DNA of 64,000 nt from a virus. Positions 7,991 through 15,972 of the stretch are shown one piece after another. The position numbers and the translations under genes were made by a program. The stretch lies in IMG/VR virus record IMGVR_UViG_3300014050_000004, positions 1 through 64,000 of that record; one strand, written 5' to 3'. Under the pieces are notes generated by a model. It made no database searches. It saw only the letters and a program-made list of their open reading frames with translations, and had not been told where the DNA came from. The stretch's first letter is position 1. Each line of letters begins with the position of its first letter.

Positions 7991-8797
7991 TCATCGATAC
8001 GGGAACTCTTCATCGATAAGTTCCTTAGCTTTATAGATCAACTTTTCAAAGGTTTTCGGTCCTGATCTACGAACCTTGGAGCTAAGGGAATAAAACATGT
8101 CGGCCCCGTCATAAAGAGAGTTTTTTTCCAGTCTGATTGCTATGGAATTGAGAGTTGAGGCAGCCTCATCCCTGGCAGCTTTTGCATTGACTCTAGCATT
8201 ATCAAAGTTTAGGATGACAGGCTTATTCTGCGTCTTGTCCCACTTGATATTGCCTCCGTGGAGGTCTCCGTGGCTAACGCCTTTGCTATTAAGTTGTAGG
8301 GAAGCTTTATACGCTTCTTTTTCTCTCCAGACCTGATCTGAGGACAGTTTCCTTAGTGCTTCTTGTTCTTTCCGCAACTGATTTATGGACAGTTCCGCTG
8401 GTGCTTTGTTGGACTGCCCAGGGCGGGGCAATGCTTCAATGTCTGCTACATCCTTCTTCTCCATAACCTGGAAGCCCACACCTTTCTTAGATATTCCGGA
8501 AGAGTGCAATCTCGGGGCCAGGCCCATATTTGCTGCTATTGAATGGGCCCGAGCAGCTTCCTCGCTATACTTACCAACTTTCAGAACCTTGCCCTTGCCA
8601 ATGTCATAAACCTTACTCCCAGAAGAGGACATCTCGCTTTTTTTCTTGGCAGCTTTTTCAGGTCTCCCCTTGCCTGGAATCTTAGCTTCTGTTTCGGTGC
8701 CTTTTCTGCACTTCCCTTTTGTCCCGTACACGGAACCGTCGGGTCTCACACACCGTGTAAAGTCGAAGTTTTCTGAGTTAGATTTAAAGGGGTTCAT
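7991..8797 (-). CDS. FTRC-motif protein with atypical (RIO/APH-like) kinase domain
   Basis: KVLKVG, LAPRL and GVSHGDLHGGNI; the DFG position reads ILNFDNA. Confidence 0.82.
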   Translation of the reverse strand: MNPFKSNSENFDFTRCVRPDGSVYGTKGKCRKGTETEAKIPGKGRPEKAAKKKSEMSSSGSKVYDIGKGKVLKVGKYSEEAARAHSIAANMGLAPRLHSSGISKKGVGFQVMEKKDVADIEALPRPGQSNKAPAELSINQLRKEQEALRKLSSDQVWREKEAYKASLQLNSKGVSHGDLHGGNIKWDKTQNKPVILNFDNARVNAKAARDEAASTLNSIAIRLEKNSLYDGADMFYSLSSKVRRSGPKTFEKLIYKAKELIDEEFPYR

Positions 8798-8830
8798 GAA
8801 AGTTGGTATACAAATTGTGATCGCTCAAAT

Positions 8831-8838
8831 ACTTACCC
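8831..8838 (-). promoter_or_regulatory. GGGTAA motif (putative late promoter)
   Basis: GGGTAAGT, 34 nt upstream of ATG 8797. Confidence 0.65.
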
Positions 8839-8908
8839 TTCCTTGAAGGAAGCCTTAATAGAATTACTCAAATACTTCGCTTTCTTTGCAAGCCTTTGAC
8901 CAACCTAT

Positions 8909-9232
8909 TCAAATCTCTTTGCCAGATCCTGCATATAGATTGCCATCAGGCCTCTGACAACGCGTATACTCATAAAGTTCTCCGAGAATTTCATAAACTT
9001 TCTGAGAAGTTTCCTCGGAGTAACCCAGAGATACCAGGTTTTCACAATGGTTGGAGGACTTTTTTGCCATGGACAAGGCTATTGCAATTGCTTGCTTTTT
9101 GGACTTGACAATCTTTCCCTCTTTGCCTCCTTTTCCCTTGCCCGAATGAAGTGGTTTCGGATCATGGTGCTTCCATCTGTGCATCACCTGGCCAACCACG
9201 TCCTTGTGGTCTCGAAAACTATGCTTTTTCAT
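8909..9232 (-). CDS. DUF6496-like small basic protein ending in a degenerate FTRC motif
   Basis: VMHRWKH...LHSGKG...KSKKQAIAIALS; C-terminus YTRCQRPDGNLYAGSG. Confidence 0.78.
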   Translation of the reverse strand: MKKHSFRDHKDVVGQVMHRWKHHDPKPLHSGKGKGGKEGKIVKSKKQAIAIALSMAKKSSNHCENLVSLGYSEETSQKVYEILGELYEYTRCQRPDGNLYAGSGKEI

Positions 9233-10469
9233 ACATTTGTCTCACATCAAGGGGAGACCCTGCCTTGCCGCCGAGATCCGGAGAGAAAGATGGTCCCATA
9301 TCCAGGAACTTTCTGTCCTTCTGGATCTCCTTAACAATCGACTCTACTTTTTTCATGTCATTGGCAGAAACCTTGTCCTTCTTGCTTGCTCTAATTGCAG
9401 AGGAAAGCTGCTCAAGCTGGTCTTCTTTGCTCTTCAAAGACTGCTTGTAGGGTTTCTCAATCTCTGTTAACACATTGATGTTCTTGTCTCTCAGTTTTTT
9501 GACTTTTTCGGCTGCCTGTTGTATCTTCGACAATCTGTCCTTAACCTTTTGGTCATTTGGGGCGTACCCCAAGTCCATCTTGTTGGACTTACTCTTCAAA
9601 TCTTTTTCAATGTTAAACAAAATTGCTCCGGCTTTTTGTAACTTTGCGTCTCTCTGCTGAGCACTCTTCCTTTCGGCAGCAGCTCTCTCTTTGTTCCCCT
9701 CGAGCATTTTTCCGGCAAGTATCCACATCTGTGTATCCTTCTCTTTACTACCTCTATCCCAAAGCTCACTAGCAAGCTTTCTCTGTTGAACAGACATGGG
9801 TCCTTTTTCTTGCGATTCCCTCTTTCTCACAAGTTCCAAATCTTTTGTGATTCGGCTCTTTGCAACGTCCTGAGCCATGGCAAGAGAACTTGGGAATTTT
9901 CTTGGCATCCTACCATTGTTGTACTCTTGAGTCCACAGATTTCTGAGCTCCATGGGAGGCATCTTTCTCAGCTTCGTTGTTTCCTCTTTGGCTCTTTTGA
10001 TCAGAGCCTCTCTCCTTTCAGCGGAGGACATCTCACTCAATTTCTTGCCAGTTTTTCCAGGTCTCCCTTTCCTTGGAACCCTAGCTTCTGTCTTACCAGT
10101 GGCCACAACCTCCTTGCCACCCTTCCCAACAATCACTTCCCCCTTTGGAAGCATTTTTGAGAGTTGGGACATGGCTTTGTTTTCGTCAGACGCTTTCGCT
10201 CTTGCGGAGGTTTCGGTGCCTTTTTTGCACTTGCCTCTTGTTCCGTACACAGAACCATCCGGGCGAACGCAACGGGTGAAATCGTAAGAACCTAAGAGAG
10301 TATCTACAGCCTTTGAAATATATGGATATCTAACTCCGCACTCTTCTGAGAAGGAATACCCCTCTCCTTCGAGACCTGATGCTTCCCCTCTAAGCTCTAA
10401 AGCGTTTTCTAAATCACCCTTCAGCAATTCTGTGAGAGTCTCAAGGTAATACCTGTCAAGTTCATTCAT
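9219..10469 (-). CDS. FTRC-motif protein, Lys/Glu-rich helical C-terminus
   Basis: SYDFTRCVRPDGSVYGTRGKCKKG at 10218-10280. Confidence 0.85.
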   Translation of the reverse strand: MNELDRYYLETLTELLKGDLENALELRGEASGLEGEGYSFSEECGVRYPYISKAVDTLLGSYDFTRCVRPDGSVYGTRGKCKKGTETSARAKASDENKAMSQLSKMLPKGEVIVGKGGKEVVATGKTEARVPRKGRPGKTGKKLSEMSSAERREALIKRAKEETTKLRKMPPMELRNLWTQEYNNGRMPRKFPSSLAMAQDVAKSRITKDLELVRKRESQEKGPMSVQQRKLASELWDRGSKEKDTQMWILAGKMLEGNKERAAAERKSAQQRDAKLQKAGAILFNIEKDLKSKSNKMDLGYAPNDQKVKDRLSKIQQAAEKVKKLRDKNINVLTEIEKPYKQSLKSKEDQLEQLSSAIRASKKDKVSANDMKKVESIVKEIQKDRKFLDMGPSFSPDLGGKAGSPLDVRQMYEKA

Positions 10470-10496
10470 TGGGGAGACAAATCGTAGGCTACTTTA

Positions 10497-10506
10497 ATAT
10501 TTACCC
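10497..10506 (-). promoter_or_regulatory. GGGTAA motif overlapping the Gly-stop of the upstream gene
   Basis: GGGTAAATAT, about 28 nt upstream of ATG 10469. Confidence 0.65.
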
Positions 10507-11535
10507 TTCCTCCAAGGAGCGTTGGATAAGATAGTCTACTTGGTTCGCCCTCTTAGAAAATCTATAACCGGACAATTCAAGACTTTTTGCTAAGGAGTCC
10601 ATGAGGCGGACGATAGCGTTATCTTCAGACAGATTTTTCCATTCCTTGGTTTTCATGTATTCTTTTCTATTGGGGTGGTACCATTTTGGAAATGCCGCCT
10701 CCTTGATAACCTGTGCAACCTCTTCCGCCTCCTTGGCTGTGTCCCTGAACCTCTTCCCAAGCTTCCTTAGTGATTCGGTATCTTTAGGGTAATCATGATA
10801 AAAGGAATCTTCAAGATCTATCAAAAACTTGGCTTTTCTCATTGCCTCCCGAACTTCTGGAGTGGTTGACTTTCTAATTCGCACGGCCTTGATCGATGGT
10901 TCATAGCCCTTGGCCTCAGGGTTCTTTTTAAGATTCTCGAGCTCTGTTAGAGAATTCCTCAACATTCCGTACTGTTCAAGTTGTTTATTGGATGGAGTTA
11001 CCTCAGGGTCTGAAATGGCGGATTCGTATCGTTTCAGTTTGGTCTTTATTTTCTCCATTGGAGTGTCTCCGCTGGAAAGTGGTCTTTTAGGGTCGTTTAG
11101 GGGGACCTTATTAGTCTCTACTCCTTTCTTGCAGCTCCCAGCAGTGCCATACACTGAACCATTTGGTCTTTCACAACGGGTGAAGTCCATCAGATCAAAG
11201 TTTTCGGAATACCTAAACTCTTCAATTCGAAGTCTCATGTCTTCCCTGAAGACAACCTCGGATTTTTTAAGTAGAGCTTCTGCTAGATAAACCTTTTCAA
11301 GGTTCTCGTCGGTGGGCGCTTTTTCGTATCGCTGTTCAGCCATTTCGAAGATACTCTGAGCTTTTTCGAAATGTTTCTCGGCTTTTGACTTTTTCTTTGT
11401 TGGAACCTTTGTCTCCTTGACGGACAAAGCTGTTTCCGCAAAGTTGAACATTTCCCCGTCCAGTTTTGGAACAGTGACTCCTTCAAAAGAGTTGTAGTAA
11501 CTCTCCACTGACTCCACTGAAAAAGACCCTTGCAT
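10501..11535 (-). CDS. GxF-leader and FTRC-motif protein, paralogous to the second module of 3184..4752
   Basis: MQGSFSVESVESYY...NFAE...YSENFDLMDFTRCERPNGSVYGTAGSCKKG...PLNDPKRPLSSGDTPMEK. Confidence 0.85.
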   Translation of the reverse strand: MQGSFSVESVESYYNSFEGVTVPKLDGEMFNFAETALSVKETKVPTKKKSKAEKHFEKAQSIFEMAEQRYEKAPTDENLEKVYLAEALLKKSEVVFREDMRLRIEEFRYSENFDLMDFTRCERPNGSVYGTAGSCKKGVETNKVPLNDPKRPLSSGDTPMEKIKTKLKRYESAISDPEVTPSNKQLEQYGMLRNSLTELENLKKNPEAKGYEPSIKAVRIRKSTTPEVREAMRKAKFLIDLEDSFYHDYPKDTESLRKLGKRFRDTAKEAEEVAQVIKEAAFPKWYHPNRKEYMKTKEWKNLSEDNAIVRLMDSLAKSLELSGYRFSKRANQVDYLIQRSLEEG

Positions 11536-11570
11536 GCTAGTTACGAACGGAATTTCTTTTGTTACTCTTA

Positions 11571-11579
11571 TCTTTACCC
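11571..11579 (-). promoter_or_regulatory. GGGTAA motif (putative late promoter)
   Basis: GGGTAAAGA, about 36 nt upstream of ATG 11535. Confidence 0.55.
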
Positions 11580-11633
11580 CTGATTTCCCTTTTAACTTTA
11601 TCTATTATCTTAATGCACTCTTTCACACTTATA

Positions 11634-12356
11634 TCACGCAATGATAGCATACCCTGAGCCATCTCCTTCCACTGTCCACCTTGACTTGAGCAAACTTTTG
11701 CTGTATAACTTTGATTCCCCATTCACAGACTGGTAGGTTCCTGAGCTATGGGTGATCTCTCCCCAAGGATCATGAACAACGTACCAAGCACCACCGGGTG
11801 CGCTTGAATCCTCTTTTTTCCCAATAACTATGATCCAATGTCCATCCCCTGAAGGGGCATTTGCTGGGCCCTTGTGGAGGATGCCGATTGGCACAGGTTT
11901 GTTCTGCCAAAGTTGGGAATCCAGCTGAGAGAAAGTAGCATTTGTAACAAACTTTGTTTTCAAGCCAAAAGAGGCCAATGCTTGGGTTTGTACCGCCGGA
12001 TAAATGCTATCTCCAATCGAAAACACCCTCTTCAAGTATGCGTCATCTCCTTTAGGTCCAGGTAAAGTTCCGGGTTTCAGGAATTCCAGCAGCATTGCAC
12101 AGGAACTGCTGAAGCAAGTTCTTGAGGCATCTGTGTAATTGTCTCTTTGGGAGAAGTAAGGAACTTTTAAAACCTTTGAATTGCTGGTTTCGCCGGTTCG
12201 ATACTTCTTGACCCAAGTGGCTTCATCCGCAAACAAGTTCGGGTTCAAGGGGGCAACTGCTTTAGCAAATTCGAGTAAAGCTTCTTTTTGGTTCTTGTTT
12301 GTGCTTCTGAAATTGGTTACAAAGTCCAGAAACTTTTCGGGTGGAAATTGAGGCAT
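11634..12356 (-). CDS. Peptidase C39-like cysteine peptidase, possible endolysin or virion hydrolase (likely start MPQFP)
   Basis: VPYFSQRDN...TCFSSSCAM...GHWIIVIG...VHDPWG. Confidence 0.85.
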   Translation of the reverse strand: MPQFPPEKFLDFVTNFRSTNKNQKEALLEFAKAVAPLNPNLFADEATWVKKYRTGETSNSKVLKVPYFSQRDNYTDASRTCFSSSCAMLLEFLKPGTLPGPKGDDAYLKRVFSIGDSIYPAVQTQALASFGLKTKFVTNATFSQLDSQLWQNKPVPIGILHKGPANAPSGDGHWIIVIGKKEDSSAPGGAWYVVHDPWGEITHSSGTYQSVNGESKLYSKSLLKSRWTVEGDGSGYAIIA

Positions 12357-12373
12357 ATTCTGCGCAGATAAGG

Positions 12374-12583
12374 TTAACACCAACAAGAACCTAAGGGCCA
12401 CATCTGACCCTCGGTGGGTATGCAAATGGGGTTGGTTGTTGAACTGAGCAGGTTTTGGTCAGTTATGGGAGAGAACCCGGAGAAATTTTCCGTCGCTGAG
12501 CTAAGCAAAGGTTCCTCTATGAGAGAGAAGCTTTGGGCGATCTCCGAAGCACTGGACAATCCCAGAGGAGTGATCTCTGCCAT
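12374..12583 (-). CDS. Hypothetical protein, 69 aa
   Basis: Starts 2 nt after the stop of the upstream gene; fills the operon gap. Confidence 0.6.
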   Translation of the reverse strand: MAEITPLGLSSASEIAQSFSLIEEPLLSSATENFSGFSPITDQNLLSSTTNPICIPTEGQMWPLGSCWC

Positions 12584-12584
12584 A

Positions 12585-13466
12585 TCAGCTCACCCTTGCC
12601 CAGATGTGAGGCATGTTGTTGTTGTTTGTTTCCAAGGATCTATAGGTCACTCCGCTGAAGACCACGGTATCGCCCCAGTTCCCTGTCACACCTGAACTGA
12701 GCAGAAGATCTGAACTTGTTTCCCCAAGATAGTGCACAGGTCCATACAACCCAGGGATTTTGAAGAAGTAGTTGGCCCCGTAGGTGATATCTGGGTATGG
12801 AATGACGGGTGTTCTGGTAGAAGCGTCAGGGATTCCAATGTAAGGGGTGTTGATTCTTGCTTGGGGGGTGTATAGCTTTAAGCTACTTTCCCCTACGAAA
12901 TAGGCCCATTTGCCCAGGCCTGAGGTTGGGTAGTAACTTCCGGCCACGGCGGAGGAAGTGCTCAACCTTGCCAACACATGGGTGTACCCTGACCCTGGAG
13001 TGCCCAATATGGTGTTTGAGTAAGCGAACCATGGACGAGTTCCAGTGCCTTCGTAGGCGATGAAGTGAGATCTTGCGGAAGAAAGGCTAAATCCCCCTGT
13101 TGATGCTATTGGGGAAAAGGTTCCTGCCCCGTTGTTGGCCGTTCCTGCAGTCCTTGCATAGTAGCAGCCGGAAGATGAGGTAGCTGAGGACCCGTCCGCC
13201 GGTTCTTCCAAGAAGATGATGCCGTAGTCACTGGAAGTGTCTCCTTCGCCGCGAGCCCTAAGCAACCACCTGACAAGGGAAGAGCCGGTACGACTCGTCG
13301 CGTCTCCGGGACTGTGCACCATGCTTATGATGGTGGGATCGTTGATCGCGGTGATCCAGTTTGTAAGGTGAGTGTTTATAACGTAACTCGGGTCCGATGG
13401 AGACCAAGTTGCACTTGCCCATACTTGGCTGGCCGTTGTGGTAAAAGTGTGTGTCGTTACAGCCAT
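12585..13466 (-). CDS. Probable virion structural or tail-associated protein
   Basis: S/T/G-rich beta-type composition; preceded by a GGGTAA motif. Confidence 0.6.
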   Translation of the reverse strand: MAVTTHTFTTTASQVWASATWSPSDPSYVINTHLTNWITAINDPTIISMVHSPGDATSRTGSSLVRWLLRARGEGDTSSDYGIIFLEEPADGSSATSSSGCYYARTAGTANNGAGTFSPIASTGGFSLSSARSHFIAYEGTGTRPWFAYSNTILGTPGSGYTHVLARLSTSSAVAGSYYPTSGLGKWAYFVGESSLKLYTPQARINTPYIGIPDASTRTPVIPYPDITYGANYFFKIPGLYGPVHYLGETSSDLLLSSGVTGNWGDTVVFSGVTYRSLETNNNNMPHIWARVS

Positions 13467-13489
13467 TTAAAATCTGTGTCTTCAAGGTA

Positions 13490-13498
13490 AGTTTACCC
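13490..13498 (-). promoter_or_regulatory. GGGTAA motif (putative late promoter)
   Basis: GGGTAAACT, 24 nt upstream of ATG 13466. Confidence 0.7.
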
Positions 13499-13516
13499 CC
13501 TCATACAAATGGTACT

Positions 13517-13538
13517 AAAAAAGCCCGCCGAAGCGGGC
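13517..13538 (-). terminator. Rho-independent terminator after hsp20
   Basis: GCCCGC-TTCG-GCGGGC followed by a T run on the minus strand. Confidence 0.88.
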
Positions 13539-13555
13539 CTTACAATTTCTGAGTC

Positions 13556-13927
13556 TCAACTCTCTGAGACTTGAACTTCAACCACTTTGGCTTCTCTTCG
13601 AGGGATTGTAACTGTTAGCAACCCGTGCTTGAGAGTTGCTGTTGCACCGTCGGAGTCTAATCTGTGACCGAGGGTCATGTAGGTTCTATCGTTTGGAGTT
13701 TCAACGGTGAGGGATTTACCTTCAATTTTGACCCTAAGGTCCGAGGGGTTCACTCCAGGGACTTCAACTTCAACGATTGTGTTATTTCCTTCGTTTTTCG
13801 GAGACCTGCAAAAGATCTCTCCCCTCGTTCTGCGGGACAAGACGACAGGGTCCATGAAGAAATCCATTGAGTTTAGTTCAGACAGAAGTCCGAGATTGTT
13901 GTATGAGTTGGTATTAAGCAGTGACAT
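13556..13927 (-). CDS. hsp20: Small heat shock protein (Hsp20 family)
   Basis: VEVEVPGV...ATATLKHGLLTVTIPRR alpha-crystallin signature. Confidence 0.9.
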   Translation of the reverse strand: MSLLNTNSYNNLGLLSELNSMDFFMDPVVLSRRTRGEIFCRSPKNEGNNTIVEVEVPGVNPSDLRVKIEGKSLTVETPNDRTYMTLGHRLDSDGATATLKHGLLTVTIPRREAKVVEVQVSES

Positions 13928-13995
13928 TTTTCTCAGGGCTAAAGAGCAATATGTGAGATATGTTGGTTACCCAACATTGTTAGTTTAGTCAACTG

Positions 13996-14766
13996 CTAAG
14001 GAAGTAAACTCAGCTCTTTCTGGTACTGCATACCTGTCAAATTCTCATGGTCAAGGACATCTTGTTTCTTTCTTGAAGGAGGGTTCCTGTACATACTCCT
14101 ATACTTTCTCACTGTTTGGACGTAAAGGTCTCCATCAAGGTCCGGATTGTCCCAATCTATGAACTTACTGGCCTTGTTCAGGTCTTGAATCAGTTTCCGG
14201 GGGTTTGTTTCGAATGGGGCTGAAGCTCCGAAGTCAATCAATTTCACATTGTCTTTGTCGACTATAAACTGAAGATTGTGAATGTCTCCATGGAAGAACC
14301 CCATCTTGTGAAGGTTTTTGAGAGCCTTGGAAGAGTTTAAAGACTGCCTTGAATTCATGGGCATATCCCCTTCCTGTTGTTGGTAACCTTCCCACAAAGG
14401 TTTACCTTTCGCTCTTTCCATCTCTATGTGTTTACTGGAATGAGAAATAACTTTGGGAGAACTCCCTAGGTTACCCATTCTAACTGCAACCTCAACTTCA
14501 TACTCACCAAATTTGTCTTTTCCATCCCCTCTTGATATTAACTCTTTCACAACTCTCTTTTCGTCAGGGCTGAATGATACTACCCCATAAAAACCTTTGG
14601 CCTTTGGTTCCCACCCCTTGTATCTCTCTGGTTTATACTCGGATTTGAGAGAGTCAGTGATCCTTGCCAAGCTTTGCGAGACCGAAGCACTCAGTGTCAC
14701 AGAGCACTTTTTGCCCTTGTTGATGCAGGACTCACGGCAGGATTTCCCCTTTATGCACTTTTTCAT
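13996..14766 (-). CDS. Four-Cys-leader protein kinase-like protein
   Basis: KKCIKGKSCRESCINKGKKC; GFYGVV, VVKE, HGDIHNLQF, LIDFG. Confidence 0.87.
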   Translation of the reverse strand: MKKCIKGKSCRESCINKGKKCSVTLSASVSQSLARITDSLKSEYKPERYKGWEPKAKGFYGVVSFSPDEKRVVKELISRGDGKDKFGEYEVEVAVRMGNLGSSPKVISHSSKHIEMERAKGKPLWEGYQQQEGDMPMNSRQSLNSSKALKNLHKMGFFHGDIHNLQFIVDKDNVKLIDFGASAPFETNPRKLIQDLNKASKFIDWDNPDLDGDLYVQTVRKYRSMYRNPPSRKKQDVLDHENLTGMQYQKELSLLP

Positions 14767-15239
14767 TTTTCTCCAAAGGATGACAATGCCTTACCGCTCT
14801 TGCTTCTTGGCCCCGGTTGAGGGTTACCTCTCGGCAAGGACACAGGAAACAGAGCAGAGGATTCTTCGCACTTGTGTTTACCTTGGCTTCCAGGTTGTTT
14901 CCCTGGATCATTGTCTATGTCAAAGCCCGGCAGGGATGGGGCTAAGGTTGTTTTATTCTCTTTGGGGGTGTCCAGCCCAGTCCCTTCACCTAGAAACTGG
15001 TCCTTCCAATCGGGAGATCTGAATAGCAAATCTTTAACCTTTGTGGAAGTGCCCTTTGAAAAACCCAAGCCTTCAAGCTTCTCAGCAAAAGACTTGCTAG
15101 AGCAAGACGAAAGAGCTATTGCTATAGCTTGCTTTCGGTCTTTCACAACCTTGCCAGTGGAACCAGAGTGTAACTTCCCCTCTTCCCATCTTCTGAGCTC
15201 TTCTTCAATACAGCTCTTTCGGTCTCCAGGAAGTGGCAT
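14763..15239 (-). CDS. DUF6496-like protein, paralog of 8909..9232
   Basis: ELRRWEEGKLHSGSTGKVVKDRKQAIAIALS...SFAEKLEGLGFS. Confidence 0.8.
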   Translation of the reverse strand: MPLPGDRKSCIEEELRRWEEGKLHSGSTGKVVKDRKQAIAIALSSCSSKSFAEKLEGLGFSKGTSTKVKDLLFRSPDWKDQFLGEGTGLDTPKENKTTLAPSLPGFDIDNDPGKQPGSQGKHKCEESSALFPVSLPRGNPQPGPRSKSGKALSSFGEK

Positions 15240-15258
15240 TTTTGTAGGTGTATTACAG

Positions 15259-15268
15259 TATTATACCC
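15259..15268 (-). promoter_or_regulatory. Variant GGGTATAATA promoter-like motif
   Basis: 20 nt upstream of ATG 15239. Confidence 0.55.
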
Positions 15269-15270
15269 GC

Positions 15271-15972
15271 TCAACTATCAGCGAAACCATAGGCAATGTT
15301 TTGTAGATTTGCAAACTTATCAGCAGCCCACTCCTTTTCTTCTTCAGACATGGTGCAACCCTCCACAAACTTCGACAGAATAACAACTTCTGCCTCGGAT
15401 AGTTTTCTGAGAGCCTCTACTAGTGGTTGGGATAGCACATAAGGTTTCACATCATCGTCGTTTGATATGAACTCCCGGGAGACCCAATCCTCTGGGGAAT
15501 TGTCATAGCTAACATGGTAGTTGTTGCTAGACATTTCAACCATCAGGACTTTAGCCTCCGCTATGCCCAAATCTTTAGCAATGTCGGAGTAGGATTTGTT
15601 TTCCTTAATTCCCTCTTCAACCGCCTTCTTGAATGAGGCAACCCATCTCGGGGTTCTAACGAGTCTTGAGTAGTCCCTAAGCTCGTGCTGAATGTACCCT
15701 CGAGCCGTCTTCCAAGCAAAAGTGCTGAACTGAATGCCCAAAGAAGGGTCATATCGAGTTGCAGCTACGCATAGAGCAAAGTTTGCTATAGACTCTAGAT
15801 CCTCTCTCGTCAGAGACCCTGTGTGGCCTCCTGTGAGGCACTTAGCCCCGTGGGCCAACCTACCAGCAATCCATCTATGCTCTTTGACAAGCTCTTGCTG
15901 CTCTTTAGTTAGCCCGGGATAAGTCTTCTGGCGCTTTTTCTTCATCTTAGGCGTGACAAGCTGTGCACTCAT
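15271..15972 (-). CDS. RNA polymerase sigma factor, SigF/SigB-like, with truncated region 4
   Basis: Region 2 REDLESIANFALCVAATRYDP...FSTFAWKTARGYIQHELRD and region 3 present; HTH recognition helix not evident. Confidence 0.87.
   Translation of the reverse strand: MSAQLVTPKMKKKRQKTYPGLTKEQQELVKEHRWIAGRLAHGAKCLTGGHTGSLTREDLESIANFALCVAATRYDPSLGIQFSTFAWKTARGYIQHELRDYSRLVRTPRWVASFKKAVEEGIKENKSYSDIAKDLGIAEAKVLMVEMSSNNYHVSYDNSPEDWVSREFISNDDDVKPYVLSQPLVEALRKLSEAEVVILSKFVEGCTMSEEEKEWAADKFANLQNIAYGFADS

Noticed and set aside
8860-8911. Possible stop read-through extending the degenerate FTRC motif (TGA then IGWSKACKESEVFE)
   Set aside because: The extension does not restore the motif spacing and there is no other sign of recoding. 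All other genes read normally in the standard code.
2742-11184. FTRC copies as a DNA repeat array, CRISPR or DGR template/variable repeats
   Set aside because: The copies are in-frame coding with free synonymous variation and irregular spacing. There is no adenine-specific pattern and no reverse transcriptase or cas gene in the window.
11537-11722. 61-aa ORF between the C39 peptidase and the 11535 gene
   Set aside because: It overlaps the peptidase 3' end and the remainder is AT-rich intergenic sequence holding a GGGTAA motif.
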